Shown here piece after piece: positions 12,109 to 20,716 of a stretch of 39,712 nt of DNA; position 1 is the stretch's first letter; each line of letters starts with the position of its first letter. The notes beneath the pieces were generated by a model. It was not told where the DNA came from and did not search any database. It was given only the letters and a program-made list of their open reading frames with translations. Both the position numbers and the translations under genes were made by a program. Source of the DNA: Emiliania huxleyi CCMP1516 (lineage: Eukaryota); assembly GCF_000372725.1 (NCBI RefSeq), contig NW_005202427.1, forward strand, positions 987,581 through 1,027,292, read 5' to 3'.

Positions 12109-13485
12109 TCAGGCTGCTGCGGCGGTCGTCGCTCCGCTCGAGTCGGCCTGGGCGCACTCCGCCTCGGACTCGGAGCTCGCCTCGGACGTCTGGTTGGAGA
12201 GGAAGGACTCGGAGTTTTGCACCCAGCCGCTCGCCTTGAGGATCGAGGTGCGAGGCGACACGATCTGGACCAGCGGGGACACGGTGGACACCTCCGCGCC
12301 GACCGCATCGTCGCATTTCTCCTCCGCCGCGTCCGTCTCGGCGGCCACGTCCGGCTCAGCAGCCACCGCTTCCGGCTCGACCGCCCCTTCGGAGCGCGGC
12401 GAGAAGAGCTTGCTCACCGTCTTGGCGAAAGACTGCAACAGGTTGAGCTGCGGCGCCTCCTCCTCTGCGGGTGCTTCCGCCGCCTCCTCGGGCTTCGGCG
12501 CCTCGAGTTCCGGTGCCGACTCCTCCGGCGCCGCCTCGGGCTGCGCCGCCTCCTCTGCCGTCGCCTCCACCGGCGCCTCAGCCTCCGTTGGCTCCTCAGG
12601 CTGCGCCGCCTCCTCTGCCGTCGCCTCCACCGGCGCCTCAGCCTCCGTTGGCTCCTCGGGCTGCGCCGCCTCCTCTGCCGTCGCCTCCACCGGCGCCTCA
12701 GCCTCCGTTGGCTCCTCGGGCTGCGCCGCCTCCTCTGCCGTCGCCTCCACCGGCGCCTCAGCCTCCGTTGGCTCCTCGGGCTGCGCCGCCTCCTCTGCCG
12801 TCGCCTCCACCGGCGCCTCAGCCTCCGTTGGCTCCTCGGGCTGCGGCGCCTTGTATGCGGCCTCCTCCGGCGCCTCAGCAGCCTCCGCTGCTGACTCCTC
12901 GGGCCGCAGAGCCTCGGCCTCGTGTGAAGACGCCGCTGCCGCCTCGGCGGGAGCCTCCGGCGTCTCCGCCACTTGCTCCTCGAGAGCCTCCGCTGTCGTC
13001 GCTGGCCCCTCCGATGCCTCCTCTGTCTTTGCTGCCTCCTCTGCAATTGGCGCCTCTGGCGCCGCGGCGCCGGCCACGGCATCCTCCGAATCTTGTGTGT
13101 ATTCGGCCGACGTTGCCTCGGGGGCGGCGGCGATGGGCTCGGCGTCGGGCTCGGTGCCAAATATTGCGGTGGCGTTGGTCTCAGTGGCGTCGGGCTCGGC
13201 GGCGGTGTCGGCGGCGAAGGCGGCGGACTCGGTCGCGACAGTGTCCTCGCTAAAGACGGCATCTTTGACCGCCATCGCGACCGCTGAGGACACGATCTCC
13301 TCTGCCGCTCCCTGGTGCTCTTCCGAAGGTTGCTCGGCCTCGCTCGTCACAAATGGCTCTGAGGAGTCAGAAGCGGGAGAGGGTGGGCATGCCGTAGCCA
13401 CCTCGAGCTCCGAGGGCTTCGGGACGGTCTTCAGTGAGGAGGGCTCGACGACGCTGACGCTACTCTTGGAGCCGCAGGCGCCCAT
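12109..13485 (-). CDS. N-myristoylated/palmitoylated acidic Glu/Ala/Pro-rich repeat protein
   Basis: ATG at 13485 gives MGACGSK (Gly2, Cys4, Ser6, Lys7 acylation consensus). The ORF is long, acidic and low-complexity with 20-aa repeats. The 3' end may be spliced. Confidence 0.7.
   Translation of the reverse strand: MGACGSKSSVSVVEPSSLKTVPKPSELEVATACPPSPASDSSEPFVTSEAEQPSEEHQGAAEEIVSSAVAMAVKDAVFSEDTVATESAAFAADTAAEPDATETNATAIFGTEPDAEPIAAAPEATSAEYTQDSEDAVAGAAAPEAPIAEEAAKTEEASEGPATTAEALEEQVAETPEAPAEAAAASSHEAEALRPEESAAEAAEAPEEAAYKAPQPEEPTEAEAPVEATAEEAAQPEEPTEAEAPVEATAEEAAQPEEPTEAEAPVEATAEEAAQPEEPTEAEAPVEATAEEAAQPEEPTEAEAPVEATAEEAAQPEAAPEESAPELEAPKPEEAAEAPAEEEAPQLNLLQSFAKTVSKLFSPRSEGAVEPEAVAAEPDVAAETDAAEEKCDDAVGAEVSTVSPLVQIVSPRTSILKASGWVQNSESFLSNQTSEASSESEAECAQADSSGATTAAAA
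12536..12845 (-). repeat. Five near-perfect 60-bp coding tandem repeats (QPEEPTEAEAPVEATAEEAA)
   Basis: Near-identical 60-bp units start at 12541, 12601, 12661, 12721 and 12781. Confidence 0.95.
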
Positions 13486-13615
13486 GAAGCTGAGCGGAGC
13501 GCCAAGGAGAGGGCGGCTCGTGCTCTGAAATCGGCAACGCATGTCACGCGCGCCGATTTTTCTCTTTTTACTTATGAGCAACAACAAACACAACAAACTC
13601 CTTACTTCAGCTGGC

Positions 13616-14980
13616 ATGTCGGCTGTCGGGCCTCTTCGGCTCGCGGCCGCCGTGCTGCTGATCCTGAGCGATCCTGCGCTCGCACTCGCGCAGAGCACGC
13701 GTGCTCTGCGCCCCGTGGACGCCGCGACAGCGGAGTCCCACGTCGGCGCTGTCCGACACCCACTCCTCGGCTCGACGCTCCAAGAGCTGCCAGCTCGACC
13801 CGCTTCAAACATCTGCAGCGCGGTCGAGCCGGTCCAAGCTATCGTCGAGCACCCGACGGCTGCCGACGCGGCTCCCGAGCCAGCCTCGGCTGCCGCCTCG
13901 GCTTCCGCCACGGCTTCCGCCACGGCTTCCGCCACGGCTTCCGCCACGGCTTCCGCCACGGCTTCCGCCACGGCTTCCGCCACGGCTTCCGCCACGGCTT
14001 CCGCCACGGCTTCCGCCACGGCTTCCGCCACGGCTTCCGCCACGGCTCCCGCCACGGCTTCCGCCACGGCTGTCGCCACGGCTGTCGCCACGGCTTCCGC
14101 CACGGCTTCCGCCACGGCTGCCGCCACGGCTGCTGCCACGGCTGCCGCCACGGCTGCTGCCACGGCTGCTGCCAAGGCTACCTCGTCTCGTGTCCTGTCT
14201 TTTGTGTCTGTGTCGCATGACGAGTCTAGTGTGCCTAGCGTGTCTAGCGTGTTTTCTACCCGCTGCACAGGTCCGGCGCCGACTACCTCGACCGTCCCAC
14301 CCACCTGGCACCGTGCAGAATGGCTCTGTGTCGGACCAAAGGCAGCCACAAGGCAGCCTGTCCCTCACAGTGTCCACAACGCCGGTGGGGTCCCCTCGGA
14401 TGAGGGGGCGGGGGCGGCACGACCGTCTTTCACATTGCCCTCGACGACTGGCAGAGCCGGAGCCAACCGCACCGACCACAGCCCGACCAGTAGCCAGGAA
14501 ACTACCCCGCTGGGCGGGGGCCTGGTTGGGCTGTGCGAGGTGCGGCCCTCTCGGAGCCACGAGTTGTACAAGTTCATTGACTCCGAGCGCATCTTCTACC
14601 CGTCCGACGACTCGCTCCTGCCGGGACCCGGGCCGACCGGTACCGAAGGCAGTCGAGCACCAGGACGAGGAGGCGCCGTTCTGGCGTCGCCCGTCCCCAA
14701 CAACTCCGACATGGACATCTTCGTTGGCGGCACGCCCGCAAACGAGACCATCACCAGTCTCTTCTCGCGCGACGCCTCGTCGGCGGGCGGCCTCTGGGAC
14801 CTCTCCGACCCGCTGGGACTGGTGATGGCAAAGCTCCCGGGAGATCTCTTACTCGCCGGCCTCATGGCGGCTTACACCAAAAACGGCATTTTCGCTTCGC
14901 CGCCGCCGCCGCCGCGGCCGCGGCCGCCGCGCCGCCCGCGGCTCGTGCCGAGCCTAACTGCGCTCGGCATCCGCTCGTAG
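13616..14980 (+). CDS. Putative secreted Ala/Thr/Ser-repeat (mucin-like) protein; exon structure after the repeat is uncertain
   Basis: ATG at 13616 is followed by a hydrophobic signal-like segment (LAAAVLLILSDPALALAQ) and an (ATAS)n tract. A probable intron lies at ~14177-14270. Confidence 0.45.
   Translation: MSAVGPLRLAAAVLLILSDPALALAQSTRALRPVDAATAESHVGAVRHPLLGSTLQELPARPASNICSAVEPVQAIVEHPTAADAAPEPASAAASASATASATASATASATASATASATASATASATASATASATASATASATAPATASATAVATAVATASATASATAAATAAATAAATAAATAAAKATSSRVLSFVSVSHDESSVPSVSSVFSTRCTGPAPTTSTVPPTWHRAEWLCVGPKAATRQPVPHSVHNAGGVPSDEGAGAARPSFTLPSTTGRAGANRTDHSPTSSQETTPLGGGLVGLCEVRPSRSHELYKFIDSERIFYPSDDSLLPGPGPTGTEGSRAPGRGGAVLASPVPNNSDMDIFVGGTPANETITSLFSRDASSAGGLWDLSDPLGLVMAKLPGDLLLAGLMAAYTKNGIFASPPPPPRPRPPRRPRLVPSLTALGIRS
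13899..14170 (+). repeat. 12-bp minisatellite (gccacggcttcc)n
   Basis: About 22 tandem units, degenerating to gccacggctgct/gcc. Confidence 0.95.
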
Positions 14981-15340
14981 ACGGTGCCCTTGAAAGCGGT
15001 GCCGAGGAGCTCCTCGTAGTTGACGCTGACGCACGGCGCGTGGCGGCAGCGGGCGCTGATCTTGCAGGGGAGGCCGGTCTGGTTGAAGGTCGTGCAGAAG
15101 CCCAGCCCGTCGCGCGTCGCGATCGCCTTGACCTTGCCCGCCGCGCGCGCGACCTCGACCTTGTTGTCGGCGAGGAGAGTCTGGAAGCCCCTCTTCTTGG
15201 CGACGCCGGCCGCTGCAGCGCGCCGAGCCTTGAGAGCCTGCGCCTCGCACAGCGTGCCGTGGACGATGTCGGCGTTGGTCGACCCGAACGCGCGGCAGGA
15301 GGGGCGGAGCTTGTTGCCGAGGATCTTGACGCACCCTACG
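14890..15340 (-). pseudogene. Possible retroelement gag-like fragment with a Cys/His knuckle and RGG tail
   Basis: Coding-like stretch ...FCTTFNQTGLPCKISARCRHAPC...RGRRGGRGRGGGG with no clear start. It overlaps the end of the + strand ORF. Confidence 0.3.
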
Positions 15341-15560
15341 TCGAGGCGGCGCAGGGGTCCAGACCGTGCCGCGCCGAAAATTCTTTTTCTCACCGAACAC
15401 CAAAAAGCGAGCCCCCAAAAGGACTCTCGACGAGCGTCTCGTGGCGGACCGACCTGCTCACGAAAATACCACACAAATGCACATTCCCGGGCGCAGGAGC
15501 CCACCGTGCACGCGGCAGAGCCCGAGCGCCAAGGCTGACGTCGGCCTCGAAGCATCGTGG

Positions 15561-18023
15561 ATGAGCGGCTACACCTCGCCCACGTCATCCCTCAACTCCG
15601 CGGGCGCTGTGGCCACCGCCAACCCCGGCGGCACGTCATCACTCAACCCCGGGCGGAGGCGGCGGCGCTGGCTGCTCTTCGGCTGCGGCGGCTCGAGCGC
15701 AGAGTCAGAGGGCTGGGAGTCCGTGCGGCAGCTGCCCAGTGCGGAGCCCGGGGCCGTGGGTGAGGCGCCGCTGCTCCCCGGTCTGGCTGCGCTGCTCAGC
15801 AAGCCGGGGGCGGCGGCGCTGCGGGCGCTCGGTGACAAGGGCGACGAGGGGACGGGTGCTCGCTCCTCGCTTCCGCTCGAGGGCGGCGCCGTGCTGCTGC
15901 ACCACTGGCCGCTCGGCCTCGCGCTGACCTGCGTCGGCGGCGCCGTCGACGAGGTGGAGGTGTTTTGCGACCGCCACCCCTTCCAGCAGCGGCCGCCCGG
16001 CCGCCAGCTCCTTCCCGGCGTCTCATTCGGCTCGTGTCGCGCCGCCGTCGAGGCTGCGCTCGGCCCCCCCATCGGCGAGGGGTCGGGCTGCAAGGGGGGG
16101 TGGCTCTTCTACGGCCCGTGGCGGCTGCCCGGCCGCAAGAAGCGGGGCCTCGTGACGCTCGCCCTCTGGTTCGGGGAGGGGGCGGCCGGCGGCGGAGGCG
16201 GTCCTGAGGCCGGCGGCCCCGGCCGCAGGACAGAGCTCGATCCGGAGAGCGGGGGAGGCGGCCGGAGGGCGCCGCCCGGGGCGGAAGCGGAGAGGGTGGG
16301 GGGCGCGTGCGAGAGCGGGGGCGGGCTGCAGGCGGTGCGGCTCCTCCGCTCCGACGACCGCTCCCTCTGGCGCTCGACGCACGCGGTGCGGGAGGCTTCC
16401 CTCCGGACGGCAGACGCGTGCATCGCGGACGCGCAGCAGGGCGAGGCGGGGCGAGGCGAGGCCGAGGCGGGCGGGGCGGAGGAGGGGCCGCAGTGGCGGT
16501 GGCTGCGCAACCGGCGCTTCAACGCCGCGACGAACGCCGTCATTCAGGCGCCACAGCCGCCCGCCAGCAGCCGCAAGCAAACCCGCCCTCCGCCCTCGCC
16601 GCCCTCGCCGCCACTCCCCGCTCCCCCCCCACCCCCCTCCCCTCCCCGCCCCCACCCCCCTCCCCCCCGCCGCCACACGGGCAGGTGGCTGGCCACTCGA
16701 ACCTGTTCGAGCGCCTCTGCGAGTCGGTCATCATCAAGCAGAGCTCCACGCCCGAGAGAGCCGCGTACGAGGGCATCTCAGCCACGCCCCTCGGCCCGTT
16801 CGTGCCACGCTGCCTCTGCGCCTGCCAGCGCGGGGAGGCGCGGCCTTCCCCTCCCCCTCCTCCTCCTCCTCCCCCTCCTCCTCCTCCTCCTCCTCCTCCT
16901 CCTCCTCCTCCTCCTCCTCCTCCTCCGTCGGCCCCGCCCTCTCCCTCTCCTCCTCCTCCGTCGGCCCTGCTCCCTCTGCTCGCTTTGGTAGCCCCGCCTC
17001 CTTGTCAGCTGCCAGACCCTCGCTGCTCCCGACACGCTGACGCGACACCCACCCGAGAAGCGACGTCTCCCCCCCCCCCTCCCTCCCTCCCCCCCTCCCC
17101 TCCCCTCCCTCCCTCCCTGCAGGTGCAGCTGCTCTACATTGAGGACCTGACTGCTCGCTACCGCCGACCGTGCGTCATGGACGTCAAGGTTGGCACCCGC
17201 ACATTTCTCGAGGCGGACGCCGCCAGCACGCGCCGCCGCGTCGACCTCGCGCTCAAGATGCTTGCCGTCGACCCCGCCGCCCTGAGCGAGGAGGAGGCTG
17301 CGGCGGGCGTCACAAAGATGGAGNNNNNNNNNNNNNNNNNNNNNNNNNNNNNNNNNNNNNNNNNNNNNNNNNNNNNNNNNNNNNNNNNNNNNNNNNNNNN
17401 NNNNNNNNNNNNNNNNNNNNNNNGAGGAAAGGAGGAAAGAGGTCCGTGGGAAGGGAGGAAGAGGAAAGGTGGGAGACCGGGAAGGACGAAAGAGGAGGGC
17501 ACAACGGGTGGGGGAATGGGGGGAAGGAAGGAGAGAGGAGTGGGGAGAGGGAACACCGATCTTCACCTCCCCCTCACCACTCTGCGACAGGCAGCGCCGC
17601 TCGACGGAGCCCTCGTGCTCACGCACCGCGCGCCGTGGCAGCCGGGCAACTGCGAGGACGGGTGCGCACCGCACCGCGCCGCACCGCGCCGCACCGCGCC
17701 GCACCGCACCGCACCGCACCGCACCGCACCGCACCGCACCGCACCGCACCGCACCGCACCGCACCGCACCGCACCGCACCCCTCGCCGCCTCCCGACTGC
17801 TGCAGCTACCTCTCCGGCGTCGACCTAGACACTTCCTAGACACTTCCTAAACAACTTCCTTGTCCACAGCTACCTCACCGGCGTCGACTCGCTGCTCCAC
17901 CTCCTCTCGCGCCCCGACCCGCTCGCGGCCCTCTCGGCGCGCCAGAGGGGCCTCGCAAAGTGGCGCGGAGCGGGCGTGATGGTGCGGCATCAGCTCAGCG
18001 TGCGACGCGCCAAGCAGGCCTAG
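15561..18023 (+). CDS. Inositol-trisphosphate 3-kinase-like (IPK superfamily, ITPK type); exons 15561-16547, 16685-16837, 17123-gap, 17591-17661, 17870-18023
   Basis: Motifs Q|VAGH, IEDLT, PCVMDVKVGTRTF (PxxxDxKxG), the DLALKMLAVDPAALSEEE..GVTK lobe, and C-terminal HRAPWQPGNCEDG|YLTGVDSLL. It has two GC donors; part is hidden in the N-gap. Confidence 0.85.
17665..17780 (+). repeat. Intronic (GCACC)n microsatellite
   Basis: About 23 pentamer units. Confidence 0.95.
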
Positions 18024-18752
18024 CGCCTGCCTGGAGCCAGGCAGGATAGGCACGAGGAGCGTACCCCAGCTCGCGCCTGCTGGCCCGCATATTGAGTGTT
18101 GATTTCACCGCCTCCCTGGCGCCTCATCGCCTCCCGTGCGCTTGCTTCTCGCCACGCGCGGCCCGAACTGCTGCCGCACAGAGAACGCGCCCCCCCGAAC
18201 ACAGAGAAACGCTGGGTTGCGAGAGAGCGGTCCGAAGAGGCCACGACGAACGCGACGATCTGCATATCATGAGCGAGTCAGATTTGAATATATTTTTGCA
18301 ATTTCGTAATTCAATTTGGTGGTGTGCTGACTCGGCTGTCCTTGTGAGTCCCTACAGTCCCTTCGGAGAGAGTACGTACGGGAGTTTGTGATAATATCAA
18401 ATATTTCTATAATGTCTAACAAAACAAACATCTCTCTCTCTCTACGTCAGTAATGTCTTATGTGATCAAAAACGAAAAAGCCCAGATAACAGGAGCTCGT
18501 CCGACGTCGTTTTTGGCCACGGCCCACTGACACGCGCCCGGGGGACGGACGCACAGAGGCCACAGCGGCACGCCCGCACCGGGAAGAGACGGATTCGGCA
18601 TTCGCCAGGCATTCGCAGGATTTCGCACAGCGCGCGCGGTGGAAACTGGAATCTCCAATATCGGAATGCGCACGAGCTCTGTATATAATCTCTCGGCGTT
18701 TTGGAGGCTGGAGCCGCACTGGCTGTTGCGCTCGATGTGGCGGATCCTTTCG

Positions 18753-19466
18753 TTAGCGCACGTACTGAAACAGGTCTCCGAGATCGTCGTCGTCGTCGGA
18801 CAGCACCACCCTCCCCCCCTCGCCCTCCTCCTCCTCCCCAGAGAGAAAGTCCTCCTCCTCCAGCTCCTCCTCGCCCTCGACGAGGCCATGCTCGTCCCCG
18901 CCGCCGACGCCAAACGCGTCCTCGTCCGACGCGCCAAAGTCGAGCCCGTCGTCGAGCAGGTCCGCGCCGCCCTGCCGCTCTCTCTCCTCCGCCAGCCGGT
19001 CGAGCCGCACCATCACGTCGACCGCCTTTGAGACGTCGACGTGCACAAAGGAGAGGCGCGGCACGCGGCGCATCTCCTTGAGCTCCTGCGCCATCACGTG
19101 CCGGATCGGACCGGCCGACGACTGCAGCCACCGGATCGCGCTGATCTTGTCCTTGCGCTCGCCGATGATGGACACCTTGACGCGTGCGTTGCTCAGGTCG
19201 GGCGAGAGGTCGACATCAACGATCGAGATCATGTGTCGCAGCCGCTCCTGGATCGCTCGCGGTCCGTGCACCGTGCCGGAGCGGATGATGGTGGAGAGCT
19301 CCTGCTGCACAACCTGCGCCACGCGGCTCACCCGCCGGCCGTCGCCGCGGGCGCCGCGGCGCTGCGAGAGCCGAAGCGCCGGCAGACCGGCGCGGGTGGC
19401 GACCGCCGGCCGGCTGCACCAGTGGTGCGGGGCGAGCCCCACCAGGGTGAGGACCAGGAGGAGCAT
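18753..19466 (-). CDS. rbfA: Plastid-targeted ribosome-binding factor A
   Basis: RVSRVAQVVQQELSTII, ISIVDVDLSPDLSNARVKVS and MRRVPRLSFVH match RbfA. It has an N-terminal signal plus transit-like peptide and an acidic tail. Confidence 0.9.
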   Translation of the reverse strand: MLLLVLTLVGLAPHHWCSRPAVATRAGLPALRLSQRRGARGDGRRVSRVAQVVQQELSTIIRSGTVHGPRAIQERLRHMISIVDVDLSPDLSNARVKVSIIGERKDKISAIRWLQSSAGPIRHVMAQELKEMRRVPRLSFVHVDVSKAVDVMVRLDRLAEERERQGGADLLDDGLDFGASDEDAFGVGGGDEHGLVEGEEELEEEDFLSGEEEEGEGGRVVLSDDDDDLGDLFQYVR

Positions 19467-19787
19467 GAATGCGCTCACTGGCAGCTCAGGCTATCAGGCC
19501 GCGTGCGTGAGCGAGAGACGACGCGTTCACAGCCGCGCCGACGGTTGGGCGACGGCGTTTACCCCGGTATTGACACGACATTGACACCTGTGTGCTGTGA
19601 GGCAGCAGTACACGCCTCTAGTGACATACTGGTGGCTCATCACTGTTTTGTACCCAAGCCACGTCATCGTTACCCCTGCAGGCCAGGCGACGATCCGAGA
19701 TGCAGGCGAGATAACGTACTCCCGTCTCTACTCTTGCCCGCGTGCTTGCGGCCCGCAGTGCCGCAACGCCGCGGTGCGCGGCGGACC

Positions 19788-20540
19788 TCAGCTGGCGCCG
19801 CCGCCCCCGCTGAGCTTGTGGATGCTCACGGCGAAGAGGCCGACTGCGGCGGCGCCGCCGAAAGCCTTGACGGGTAGTAGCAGCAGGGCGGGGTCCGAGG
19901 CGTGCACCTTGGAGAGGGCGCGCGCGAGGAGGAGGAGGTGGACAAGGACGAAGAGGACGGCGAAGGCGAGGATGAGGAGGACGAACGTCGACCGGTACCA
20001 CGGCCGCCCGAGCTGCGGCGCCTCGATCGCGTTCCCGAGGTGGTTGAGCCACTCTGCGGTCGACGCCGCCTCCGAGGCGGGCTCGAGCGCCATCGCCTTC
20101 TTGAGGGCCGGGTGGCGCTCCCGCCCGTCGGGCCGCATCGTCCACCGGTTACCGTGCACCTGGTACGACTCGACCACCTCCGCCTTGTTGAGAAGATTGG
20201 CCGCGTCCGCCGTCGTGCGCGTCACCTCTCGCTCGCGCCGCACGACCAGCAGCAGATAGTTGCGCGCCTCCGGGCGGAGGTCGAGCCAGTCGGGCAGCGC
20301 GGAGGAGACCGCCTCGCCCGGCCCCTTGCTCCGCCGATCCAGCCGCTCGGCACCGCCCGCGACGAGCAGCGCAGCGAGCAGCGGCCGCAGCGTTGCCTCG
20401 TCGTCGAGCACGGCGTCCGGAAGGTGCGCCGCGCGCGCGGCAGCGCGTAGCGAGTCGACCCCGTGCTCGGCCACGGGCAGGCCCTCGAGCGCGTAGGCTG
20501 CCAGGTCCTCCTTCGTGACCGGGAGGAAGAGGACCGACAT
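19788..20540 (-). CDS. Hypothetical membrane protein with two C-terminal transmembrane helices
   Basis: Single ORF from ATG 20540. Hydrophobic segments are FVLLILAFAVLFVLVHLLLLA and LLLLPVKAFGGAAAVGLFAVSI. Confidence 0.65.
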   Translation of the reverse strand: MSVLFLPVTKEDLAAYALEGLPVAEHGVDSLRAAARAAHLPDAVLDDEATLRPLLAALLVAGGAERLDRRSKGPGEAVSSALPDWLDLRPEARNYLLLVVRREREVTRTTADAANLLNKAEVVESYQVHGNRWTMRPDGRERHPALKKAMALEPASEAASTAEWLNHLGNAIEAPQLGRPWYRSTFVLLILAFAVLFVLVHLLLLARALSKVHASDPALLLLPVKAFGGAAAVGLFAVSIHKLSGGGGAS

Positions 20541-20716
20541 TGTTGAGTGCTGTGTCGACTGTGGCGTCGGGCAGTACAACAAGAAGAAAAACATTGGGTC
20601 GGCGTGCACTTTCTTCAAATCGTCACGAAGGGGTGACAAGTGTCATTACGAAACAGCGACGGACAGAAGGCCCGCCCTTTGTCGCGCCTCCATTCGGCCA
20701 GTTCGGACCGCCGCCT

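Noticed and set aside
12109..14349. 746-aa ORF as one protein with VAEA repeats
   Set aside because: The upstream part is the antisense of the 12-bp minisatellite gene and crosses an AT-rich promoter-like gap. The MGACGSK ATG at 13485 is the more plausible start.
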